Positions 23,754 to 35,636 of a stretch of 64,000 nucleotides of DNA are shown piece by piece. The notes below the pieces were generated by a model that ran no database searches, was not told where the DNA came from, and saw only the letters and a list, made by a program, of their open reading frames with translations. The stretch is from Phaeosaccion multiseriatum. Its lineage: Eukaryota; Protista; Ochrophyta, other classes. Position numbers and translations under genes: made by a program. The number at the start of each line of letters is the position of its first letter. Position 1 is the stretch's first letter. The stretch covers positions 5,146,001-5,210,000 of the forward strand of contig OZ218950.1 in the NCBI GenBank assembly GCA_965112735.1. The letters run 5' to 3'.

Positions 23754-24642
23754 ATGTTTGCATCAAGGAAGCTCGCAGGACTCGCGGTGAGTACATGATG
23801 TGATTGTAACCCGTGTCTCGGCGGCATGGCTTGGTCTTGCGTTCGTGGGGAGGAGAAGCAGCTAATGTTCTTTACCGTTTCCTCGCTCCTCCCCTCTCCG
23901 TCACAGCCCGCGTCTCGGCGGCAGATGAGTGGCTTCCTTCAATTAACGCAGGCGCGCTTGCTCTCCAGTAGCAGAGCCAGCGAGGATCTTGGCAGCCAGC
24001 CGAGTGTTATGTTCGTCTGCAGACGAAATTCATGCCGGTCTCAGATGGCCGAGGGCTGGGCCAAGAAAATCGCCGAAGATCGACTCCGAGTGTACAGCTC
24101 TGGGCTCGTGGGCTCTACCGTCCACCCTACGGCTCAGCAAGTAATGAAGGAGGCTGGCGTAGACATCACTTTCCACACATCAGGTTGAGCAGGATGGCCG
24201 GAGGGCGAGTACAATGCAAGCATGACGAGTATGACCCCAATGTCTCACACTCGAGTATGACCCCAATGTCTCACACTCACGCGCTCTTTTCCTTTTCTTT
24301 TTTGTGGTCGAGCAGACAATCTAGACGACTTCAATGCCGAGGACTTCGATGCCGTGATCAGCATGTGTGGCTGTGGAAACAAGCTACCGCAGGCGTGGCA
24401 AGATAGGCCTTACTTTAGAGACTGGGAGCTCGAGGTAAGTGCGGGCGTCGATGCCACGCGAGGAGCCCCGTTGCCTTTTGCCCTCTTGCCCTGCCCCGCA
24501 GCCTGCTGAAAGCCACTTGCGTGTGTACGCTCCTATCCTGTCTCTCACGGCACGACAGGACCCTGACGGAAAGTCCCTCGAGACCTTTTACGACGTGCGG
24601 GGCCAGATCAAACAGAAGATTGAGAGGTATGATGGACGGTAG
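23754..24642 (+). CDS. arsC: Arsenate reductase, LMW-PTP fold, cyanobacterial glutaredoxin-dependent type. Exons 23754-23786, 23907-24183, 24316-24434, 24559-24642
   Basis: VMFVCRRNSCRSQMAEG, VHPTA, DFNAEDFDAVISMCGCG, DWELE|DPDGKSLETFYDVRGQIK. All three introns are GT-AG and in frame. Confidence 0.92.
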
Positions 24643-25055
24643 CTTCACTCCTTTATATTTTTCTTTTTCCTTCCCTCCTTTGTAATATAACTACATGGAG
24701 CTTAAGTCCTCTCTTTCACCCGACACCTAGAGGGGCGCAGCAGCTTCGAGCGCTCGGACAGTGGCATTGGGTCTATTGTTGACTTACGAGACCCAGATAT
24801 CACGACAGCTTCTCCCGTCCTCGCCTCGACTGCTCCTCCATCCGTCCCCCAATTCCCATACTCCGCACTCACCCCCTCTCCTTCCCTGGCGCTCTTTACT
24901 CCGTGCTCACCCCCTCTCCTCCCCTGGCGCCCTTACGGCTCGTTCTTCCTGCCTGTAGCCTTGTGGATACCCTCGTCGACGGCGAGACAGCATGGCGGAG
25001 CAAGGACTAGAGGCCGACCGAGTATCAGAGTGGCCTGCGAGCAATTGGTCTCCAA

Positions 25056-25390
25056 GTCGACCCCTCACACGCTATGGAACTGTCGCTATCAAATGCTGTC
25101 AGCTATTACCGGTGCAGCCGGCACGCGACCAGGTTGGCATGACGTTATCTGGCTGGCTACAAGCTATTGCCCCCCCCCCCCCTCCCCGGAGAGGGACCGC
25201 GGCAGTGTGATAGCAGGCGTATGGGTAGGGTAGGGGCGCGTACTCAGCTATTGTGGCGCCACCAGCCGGCGCGCTTTCAGCTGTTGACTTTTACCTAGGT
25301 AGGGAGGGAACTCAATTACGACGACAGGTTTCCCTGTTTCTTGTTTGTGGCAGGCGCCAGCCGGCCTGTGTCCTATTTCTGGCCGGTTTG
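25056..25390. mobile_element. Highly degenerate copy of the TCGACCCCTGACA-TIR element
   Basis: GTCGACCCCTCACACGCTAT at 25056, followed by CAGCCGGCACGC / CAGCCGGCGCGCT / GGCGCCAGCCGGC units and a poly-C tract as in the 58386 copy. Confidence 0.55.
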
Positions 25391-25592
25391 GCCTTTTTTT
25401 TTAAAACCTTGTAAACTACTGGCTGGGCAAGGCATGTCGATAAGCGACCAAAGCATGTGGACTGGTTTGTGGCCCTCGGCAAGTGGACAGGACGACCGGC
25501 GGCAGGTTTGGCACACGTGACCCCCCTGGGGATTCGATTTTTTTGGATCGCGATGTAATGTGTTTGAGTGCAACATCAAGCAAGCAGTAAGC

Positions 25593-26273
25593 ATGAAGCT
25601 CGCACCTGCACTTTCGGGGAAGGCCATCGTGCTCCTGTCCTGTGTGGTGGGCATCCAGGCCTTTACCTTCACCACGACCAGCGTGACCCCCCGACGCCAC
25701 CATGTCTTGCGATCGACCCCAGTCGAGAAGGGGGGGGAGACCTCTCTCCCAGTGATCCCCAAGCTCGGGGACAAGTCGCGGACGGTGGGGTTCACCAGCG
25801 AGGAGATGAAGGAGCTGACCGATTTCAAGACGGAGATTGCGGATGCTCCTGGCGGCGGAAAAGGTCTGTCTTTCCCTTGCTCTCCCTCAAGGATACTGGC
25901 GATTTTTTAATTTCCTCCTTCCTTTTTCCTGGGCTGATAGCAACAACCTCCGTTGCCTCTTCTCATGCAGACTTGCAGGTTGTCGTCCTCCCAAGTTGGC
26001 AGCACCACCCCGTGCAGTGGGACCCCCTGTGTGCGGCGCTGGGCGAGCTGGAGCTGCCCACTACTGTGCTGGAGACCCCCGATAACATGTGGGCATACGC
26101 GCTGAGGGGCCTTGGGCACCGCCGCATGGTGATGGCGGAGGAGAGGGGCTTGGGCGACGTGCAGGTGCGTGCGTATGTTATGGGGCGGCGGAGGGTAGAA
26201 GGGGTGGGGGGCAGCAGAGGGCGCAGGGCCGCTTCGCCCGAAAGCGGCAGTTTGAACTGACCAATGCCCCCCA

Positions 26274-26313
<40 letters not shown>

Positions 26314-27016
26314 TCTGCTGCTTTCTTCTTTGTCTTTCTCATTGTACCGTATTCGCTCCTGCTGTTGCGCTGCAACACGCCGCAACCCCATCCCGCACCC
26401 TCACCCTTCTTCTGTGGGACCGACGGACCCCTAAATCGTGCTGCCACAACAACAATAGGTGACGGAGAGTCTTCAACCTGTGTTCCGCTTCTTCTCAGAG
26501 GCCCTGAATGAGTTAGTGGGTGGGGAGAAGAGAAAGGAGCTTGTCGTGCTCACCAATGACGACTCCACCTGGATGTTCAAAGCTTTCTTGAACAGCAGGG
26601 CAGGCGGGAAGTGGTTGGATGAGGGAAAGTCTCACATCCAAAGCGTCATCTACCTGGGGGGATTGAAGGTGGGAGACACGGGAGAGGTCGCGCTGAAGGT
26701 TTACCCGGGCGAGCACTTGGAGCCCCCCAAGCCGGCGGCTGGAGAGATGCTAGAGTACGGCCGAGGGGCACCTTCAGAGGAGGAACATGTGGACCCCAAG
26801 GTGGAGCCCCTTAAGCGAGAAGCCACCCGCTTCTTTGACCTCACAGCCACTGGCGAGTTCGACCCCTATGTCGACACCCTGAGCTGCGTGCAGACAGACG
26901 GCGAGGACGAGACGTGCATGCTGCCGAACTTCGAGGAGCAGGGGCAAGTGGCTTGGCTTGGGTCTGTGCGGATGATCAAGCTCTGGCTGCCCAAGGTTAT
27001 TGGCATGGTGAGGTGA
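25593..27016 (+). CDS. Plastid-targeted protein of unknown function, possibly a degenerate alpha/beta-hydrolase fold, 3 exons
   Basis: Signal peptide ending GIQA-FTF. Exons join in frame: LQVVVLPSW..., KELVVLTNDDSTW, IQSVIYLGG. Confidence 0.6.
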
Positions 27017-27136
27017 TTATACTATAGATTCCATTTCCCCTTCTCTTCCTCTCTAGCCTTTGCGATTCCGCTTTTGAGTGTCGCCATTTTGCACCAGCAG
27101 CCATAAGCTCTGTCCGGAGACACGCACACGCACATG

Positions 27137-27168
<32 letters not shown>

Positions 27169-27793
27169 CCCCCACCAGTGAGCTGTCGAGATGAGAGAGA
27201 AACTCTTTGCTGAGCAGGTGAAGCAACTCTTCTGCTCTGCTCGATTAGCCCTCTCATTGGCAGAGTGCGCTCCTCGTTTTTTCTTTCTATACGAGACAAC
27301 AATACAATACGTACAGTGGTGAAATTTCTTTCGTCCTTTATCCTTATCTCTCCTCCCCTCTCTTTTTTTTTTTTTCCTCCTTTTTTTGAGGGACCATCAA
27401 GAGAGAGAGGGCGGGGTTTTGAATTGACTTGTGTCGGACGTTTCAATTCAATTTCAGTTCGTTCGCCCCTGGAATGCCGCCCTCTCTCTTTTACGAAGAG
27501 GCTCGGCTGTGTAAAGAACGGCCCTAAGCATAGAGGTCCTACAGGATGGAGTGGCAGATGCAGAGCATAGCAAGCTAGGTTGAAGGGAAAGCTGAAAGCA
27601 CCCCCCTGAAGGGAAGGGGGGGGGGGAGATTTAAGTGATCCACTCATGGGACCGTGGCGTGACTCCTGCCAAGCGTCGGGTGGGGCATGGAGGGCACACA
27701 GCCATGACTCCAAGCCCCATATAGTACTTCGTGCGAACAACTTTGAAGGCGAATAGAAAAGGGTGAGGTAGTGCACAGCAACAGCGTGCAAAG

Positions 27794-28996
27794 ATGGTGG
27801 CTATTGCCCAGATCGTCAACAACCGGCGAGCCGTCCGCAACAGTGAAATCAGCCAATGGGCGGCCCAGCGACAAGGGCCCACTTTCTACACGTCTCGACA
27901 GACGAGGGACGAGTTCCGCAAGCGAATGAGAGACGACCTCGAGAACACTACAATCGTAGAATGCCGACGCCAAGCCGACGTGGAGGTGAACCCTGTCATG
28001 CGAGACAAGCGCACAGAGCTGCTTAGAAGGAGATGCGAGGCAGCCGCTGCGGGCGACGACGCAGACATGCTCTCCATTCCGCCTTGGATCCTTCTCACTC
28101 TCATCTCCAATGCGACCAAAGCGAAGGCTCGCGTCAAGTACAAGTGGCAGCTGAGGCGGACTTTTGATCCGAGGGACTCCAAAAAGGTTGCGTGGGACAT
28201 GTATGTAGGGGCGCTCATCTTGTACAGCGTCGTCATGGTACCGTGGAGGATGGCTTTTTCCGCGGAGGTGAGTAGAACAGCATGAACCGAGCCCCGAGCA
28301 ACATCGCTGCTCACACCCCGCCATCGCACCTCACACCCTTTTGCCTCGCCCCTTCCTCACCCCATCTCCACGCACACACGGTCCGCTGTCTTTCTTCCCC
28401 CCTCCAGCCGGGTCCCGCTCTCGCGGGTGTCGACTACGGAGTGGACATTTCGTTTGGATTGGACCTCATTTTCAACTTCTTCACCTCATACTATGTGGAT
28501 GAGATTCGCATCATGGACCATGCTCTCATCTCCAAGCAGTACCTCAAGGGCTGGTTCTGGCCCGACTTGCTGTCTACGGTCCCCATCGGTGAGATAACGC
28601 GTCTGATCATGGGCGGAGACTCCAACAGCTTGCGGAGCTTCAAGGCAGTCCGGGCCATGCGGCTCTTCCGCCTGGCCAAGCTGGTGAGTGTTTGCATATG
28701 TGTGTGTGCGTGCGTGAACATCGCGTTCCTTTTTAAGGAGCTTTGTTTCCTTCCATCGCTGTTCCTTCTTTTCTCTCCCCAGTGGCTTCCTGCTCACTGT
28801 GCGCCCACCTCTGTTTGTCGCTTTGCTCCTTTGTTCTTTCCCTCCCCCCCCGGGTGCCGTTAGGTGCGCATGGCTAAGCTCGGAGGCATACTCTCTCGCT
28901 CGGGGCTGCAAGAAGTCATAGGGCCCTTGTCCGTCAAGCTCATCAGGTTGGAGGGGGGGGGGTGGACAGACATGTAGCAGCGACAGAGACAGAGAC

Positions 28997-29027
<31 letters not shown>

Positions 29028-32000
29028 TGGTTCTCTTCTGTTGGAGGGAATGGGAAGGGGGATATGATGCACCCTTTGGGCCTTGCAGCTCTCCGCCGCC
29101 GCTCCATTCCTTGTGCCTGCATGCCTTTCTCGTCTTTCTCAGCAACTGATCAGCGTGCTCTCCCCTCCTTCCCCTCTGTCCGTCCCCTTCTGCGCTACCC
29201 TGCTAACAGCTTGCTGGGCAAGATCCTCTTCTTGACGCACTTTGTGGCCTGCGCGTGGTGGTACTTGGCCTCTGGCTGTGGGGGTGGCCACCTGACCTCG
29301 GATACCTCCGCGGAGTTCGGAACGAAATTGTGGTTCCAGTGTGGGACGGGAAGTCATGCCTCCGCCTACCTGTCCGCCTTCTACTGGGGAATCGTAACCA
29401 TGATGACTGTGGGGTATGGAGACATCAACCCGGAGCCAGCCATTGTTCCGTGGCTCTTCACCATTTTGGTGCAGGTGCGATGGATGCTTTGCTGAGCGGC
29501 GCGTTGCTGCGCTTGGCTTTTCCTTCTTTCCCTGCCCCTACTATACTGCCACCCCCGCCGATGACGACAAAGCTCCCCAAGCCTGGCCAGCGCCCCCCCC
29601 CTCACCCCTTCCCTCCCCCCTCCCCCATCCACTCTGTCCATCCCTTCGCCAGTGCATCGGTTGCTGCACCTTCGGCTTCATCCTCGCCGTTGTAACCGAA
29701 GTCGCAGAGGCCATGTCTGCAGAGGACCCGGAGACCGTCGCTATCGCACAGGCCAAGAAATTCATTCGGAAATGCGACCTCCGCCCCTCCATGGCGGCCA
29801 GGGTCAAAGCCCACCTCCTCTACGCGCTGCAAAACCCCGGACCGCAGGAGGGCAGGCAGGCGATGGATGCCTTGTCGCATGGGCTGGGGAAGGATGTGCT
29901 AACGGACGTTTGCGGGGCGCGGCTGACTCTCCTACAGAGTCTGCCCCTTCTTGCCCACGTGGAGGGCGATGAGACGATGCTCATAGAGATTGCTGTGCGG
30001 CTACGGCCTTGCTTTTTGCTCCAAGGCGAGCAGATCATTCGCAAGGGCATGATGGCCGCACAGGTGTACTTTGTGGTGAAAGGCTTGTGCTTCGGAGTCG
30101 CAGCCGACCCTACTATTGCAGGGGCAGGGGGCAGGGGCATAGGGGTGGGGGTGGCGCTGGGGAAGGAGGAGCATGGCCAGCAGAAGCGTCATCACGATGG
30201 CGAAAGGGCCGCACTCACTTTTGCCACTGCCCCATCTACCCCGGTGGGGGTCTGCTCCTCTCCCGGTGTGAGCACCGCTGTATCGCCTACCCCTCCTGCT
30301 GCGGATGCGGCGCGATCAGACGGTCCGTGGACGAGCTCCGAGGATATGGGAGAGGGAGGGGGCGGGAGTGGGGTGGTCCGTGGTGGGTGTTGCGGGAGCA
30401 AGCAGATATCGGTTCTGCTGCCATTGGGAGGGCTGGAGCCGCTGGAGCCACAGGTGCCGGTGAGACCACTCGCCCCCTTGCCTCAACAAGGGGAGGGCAA
30501 GGACGGACCGAAAGCAGACAACATGGTCTCCGCAATAGAGCAGGGCGAGGGGTATGGGTCCGGGGACACCCCCCCCAAGGGCAAGGGGAGTGGAGAGGCA
30601 GAGATGACAGGCAACAAGGCCGACACGCCCACCCAGAAAACGGCGGGCGTCACCATTCTCCCGGCCTTGACGCAGAGACGCCCCGCCTCCTCAGCAGCCA
30701 AAGGTGGTGCTAAGGCGAGTAAAGAGGATAAGGGCACTGCTGAAGAAGCAGGAGAACGCACCTCCAAGAACGTTCTCCAGGCGCTGTACTTTGACGGGGC
30801 AGAGGTGGGGCTAGCGGAGGCGGCGCTGAATCAACGCATGGCCCACAACGTTCTGGCAACGGTGCCCTGCGATCTCATGTTCATCGATGCACCGAGTCTT
30901 GTGGATGTGCTGCGCAACGTGTCTAGAGGCCGCCTTCGGAGCCTACACGACGCCTTTGTGAAGCAGCTGGACGATTATCGCAAGGCAGGGCTGGCGGAGT
31001 CGGAGGACATCGACATGGCTTACGCCCCAGAACAGCAGCACTACGGGCAGGAGCCGGACGGGTTGGGGGGCAGCCAGCGGGTGAGGAGGAAGCGAAGTCG
31101 AGTAAGTGGGAGTGTGTTCCAGACCCTGCGGAACAAGAGTAGCTTCTTCGGTGGGGGCACGGGGAGGAGGCAGGAGAAGCAGGGGAGAGGGAAGGTAGGC
31201 GACGACCACCACAACGACCACGCCACCGCCATCGCAACGGCTGTCGCTGAGCACAACGAGCGCGAGCAACGGAAACTGGAGCTGAAACAGGAAAAGGGGC
31301 GGCGGCAGCAGTTGCAGAGGGAGAAGAAGAAGCAGCAGCGGGATCGGCAGTTAGAAGAAAGGGGGGGGGAGGAGCAGCAGCAGGCGGAAGAGGATACGGG
31401 AGCAGGGAATCCACTGCTTTTAGGACAAGTGACGTCTAGCGATGAGGACATCGCTAAAGAAGGCGAAGGAAATAGTCATAGTGGGGGGCGGGCACCAGAC
31501 ACAGAGGAGGAAGAGAACGAAGACGACCAACAACGGAAGGGCGAGAGAGACGACGACGATGATGATGATGATGATGAAGGTAGCCGCAGCGGCTCTGAAG
31601 CAGATCCAGACGATGACATGCAATTCTGCAGGATCTCACCAGGCGTAACCATCAACGGCAAAGTGGCCTGTGCCGAGACACTGCGATGCCTCATGCCGCA
31701 GGGGCTGGCCAGGACCAGGCAGTACCTGGTGTCGGGCGCGTGGAAGCTGCCAAACGACCAACAAGGACCAGGGTCTGGGCGGGGGGGAAGGGGAGGGAGA
31801 GGAGGAGGGGAAGGGGGAAGCTTCACATCGGACGGTGGCGACGGAGTCGGGGCAGGTGAGTGAAGCAACACATGTGGTGTGTCGTGTTGTTGTGTGCGTT
31901 TCAACATTGTTGACTTACTGCGCTACTCTTTCTTTCAATTCCTTCTCTGCCTGGCTACCGCTACTGATTTGTGGCTTTGCTCGAGCCACAGGCGAACATT

Positions 32001-33695
32001 CCCTCCCTCCGGCCTCTCCCTCTCACTCTCACTCCTCTCGCAACTTACCTCATTTTGCCCGCAATCCCAATCTCCTAACAAAGGAGTAGATGTTTCCCAA
32101 CAAGGAGCAGATGATGCAGAGGGAGGATACGCGCAACACAGCCCAGGAGGCAACAGCAGGAGGGAAGGAGAGGGGGGATACGACGCAGCAGAAGGAGGTC
32201 CTGCTCCTGTCGCACTGTCGGCGGATGGCAAGGGGGGTGGGGTGGCGTTGTGGAATCTCCCCACCAACCACCATGCGCACGTAGACGCTCAGCTGCTCCG
32301 AGACGCCAGACAGGGCAAGCTGGCAACCATTGACAAAAACGAGGAGGCGGGGGAGGGGGAGGAGGGCATCCTCGGAGGCTCATCCTCGCACCAATCCTCG
32401 GCTGAGGTGGCTATTGTCCACGAGTCTATGGTGCAGGACAACGCCACACCCAAGGGCATCATCCACCCCAGCAACAGGCACAAGGTGATGTGGGATGTGT
32501 ACATCTCCCTGCTCATCCTGTCCAGCGTCTTCATCGTGCCCATTCGACTTGGTTTCCCCCTGTCTGGCGGGGGGTGGATCATCAGCGACTGGGCCTTGGA
32601 CTCGAGCTTCTTGCTGGACATGGGGGCCAATTTTAGGACGGCTTTCTACGACCGCAGGGGCGTGTTGGAGGTGCGCAAGTCACGCATTGCTCGAAACTAT
32701 TTGAAGGGGTGGTTCTCCCTCGACCTCGTCAGTACGATGCCGCTCGACAAGATTGCGGGCTGGGTCATGCAAAACGACAGCGGAAACCTTAGGTGAGCAG
32801 GAAGGCGACGCCAGCGAGCGGGTGGGTGGGTGGAGGTGCAGGGGGAGCGGGAGGGGGAAGAACGAGGGCCTACCCACTCGTATGGGATGGTGTCTAGCAG
32901 AACCGTAGACCATGATCTCCGTGTGGAGGAATACGGGAATCCCAATGTGCCCCTTGTCGTCCCCCCCCCCTCTCTCGTCCTTTTTCTCTCTCTGTGTGTG
33001 TGTGTGTGTGCATGTGTGCGTGTGTGCGTGAGCAGGTCCCTAAAGCTGATCCGCATCGTACGTCTCGTGCGTCTGCTCAAGCTGTTCCGCATCCTCAAGC
33101 TCAAGTCACTCTTTGCACGCATCGAAGAGTTCTTGGTGAGTCAGACAGTGAGAAGCATCACCAAGCGGCACAAAGTATAGATGGCAATGGCACTTTGACG
33201 TTGTTTGGGGCTCACCTCTCCTCATACTCGTGCATTTTTACTTAGCTTTTAGATGTTCGTATCTATCCTGTTCCCCGTCCCTGACGGCCCCTTTCACCAA
33301 CACCAACACCATCACCCGTGCTTATGCTCCTCCTATCCCTGCCCCAACCCTGTTGGTCCCTTCTCTCGCGGTGCAGGGAGGAGGCATGGGCTTCAGTCTG
33401 GCCAAGTCGTTCGTGTTTGTGTTCACATTGACGCACGTCTTTGGGTGCTTCTGGTCCATGATGGCTTCTGACGATAGTGACACCGTATCATGGCTAGGTA
33501 TGTAAGGCATAGCGCCAAGTAGGGGAAGGAGGGAGGAAGGGAGGAAAGGAGGGAGGGAGGGAGGGAGGAAGGGAGGGGAGAAGGGAGGGGCGGGGGGAGG
33601 CTTGTCCAGAGGACGTGGGGGCACTCTCTCAATGTTCAACACTCAACAGCATGTCCCGAATTGTCCTGTCCTCACGTGTGTATGCATGTGTGTGT

Positions 33696-33726
<31 letters not shown>

Positions 33727-35493
33727 GCCTCCGAGGGTACAGTGGGTGCAAGTCAAGCGTTACTTGTTGGCCCCCTGACCTTTGTCCGCCCTGTTCTCAC
33801 TGGTGCCCCTATCCCTCTCCCTCCTCGTCGAAATTTCCCACCGACAACAGAGCAAGATGGCAAGGAGAAGGCGAACTGGGGCACGAGCTACCTCGCTGCG
33901 CTGTACTGGTCCTTCACCACCCTCACCACGGTAAGATACACGTGCAAGCTGTTTTGACACATGCATCCATCCACCCTTTTTTCATCCCTTTGCGTTGCCG
34001 CCACTCCATCGCTTCACCCCATCCTCGACTGCTTCACCACGAGGCCGCTGTGTGATTGTGTTTGTCTTCTTCCTTCCTTGCTACCCGTGGGCCTTCCCCT
34101 ACCCTCTTCTTCTCCGTGAGAGCTCCCTCCTGCCAACTATCGCAAGCTCACTGTCGTACGCCCAGCGTCGTTTGTGTACGCACCCACTTTGCTCTGAGCG
34201 TCGCCTCCCTCCCTCCCTCCCTCCCTCCCTCCCTCCCTACCTACCTCCCTCTTCCCCTCCCTCCCTTTGCTTTGCAGGTGGGCTACGGAGACATCAGAGC
34301 TGCTACGGACAACGAGCGTGTGTTCTCCATCGTAGTAGTGCTGCTCGGGGCGTCGTTCTTCAGTTACATAGTAGGGAATGTGTCTGCGTCACTTGCCTTC
34401 GGGAAAGCGTCGAACGACGAGGTGTGTGTGTGTCTATGTATGCGTACGTGAGCACTCTCCAACGTAATGACGGAATCACTCACTCAGCACGTCTCCCCCT
34501 CCCCCCCCTCCCTGCCTACCTCCCCCTCTTGTCCGGAGCAGCTGGTGGCCAAGGATGTGAAGCAGCTCCTCGAAAGCGGGGGCGTGTTTCCCGGCCTCGT
34601 CAAGTCCATCTTCCGACAACAAATCGAGGTCGTCGCCCACACAAACTCGACCATTAGTAGGAGTCCCCAGATGGAAAAGCTTCCCTCCTTCCTCGCGGAC
34701 GAAGTACTTGTGTACATCAACCGCAGTCAGCTGGCGCGCATCTCGCTGTTCAGCCACGCGGCCGAGAGTGGAGAGAATGGTGCAATCGGCAAGAGGAAAG
34801 CCAAGGCCTTCCTTCACTCTCTCCAAAAGAACGGTGAGTGCAGTGGACGGGCACGAGGAGAAGGAAGAGAGCGGGTGGGGTGGGGCGGGCACGCGACGAG
34901 CTACGGATGACTCTCCCCAAGTCACCTGGCCCGGCCGGGATCGGGACAGGAGGGAATAACCGAAGTGCAATGTCCCTTGACCGCCGAAAGATTGATTGAT
35001 TGATGTGCCTCTTACGTGGAGGAAGGGGTTGACGCAAAGCAAGCGCCTCTCCTCCCAGCTCTCACCTCTTTCCTCTGCTATCTGCTCCTCTCCTCCTCTC
35101 CTCCTTTCCTCCCACGCACCGCCTGTCTGGCGCTACCGTCTTGCTGTGCCTCACAGACACGGTCTTGCTGTCGCAGAGCGTGTCCCTCTCGTCCTCCGCC
35201 CTTGACTTTCAATTTGCAGCCTTCATGCTGAGCTACCTCTCACTCGAGTTCTTCACCACCCACCAAGACATGTGCCTTCCTGAGGTAAGATTATTTCGTC
35301 TCGGAGCGATATTGAACCCCAAACAACCCTTTTGGGTACACTCCCCTTCTCGGTACACTTCCATTTTCTTCGCGCCGCACGAAGAAGCAGTCTTCGCATC
35401 CTCCTTGCTCTCCTGGCCTTACTCACTCGCGCACTCCGCTGACCGGCACTAAACCATCCCATCTTCGTTTCTCTCTCTCTCTCTCTCTCTCTC

Positions 35494-35534
<41 letters not shown>

Positions 35535-35551
35535 CTCTCTCTCTCTCTCTT

Positions 35552-35636
<85 letters not shown>

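Noticed and set aside
24227-24278. 26-bp tandem duplication in an arsC intron
   Set aside because: Real but intronic, with no evident functional consequence.
13920-25525. CACGTG E-boxes upstream of genes (about 13925, 25514) as targets of the bHLH-like protein
   Set aside because: The hexamer frequency is compatible with chance, and the protein lacks the canonical E-box-binding residues.
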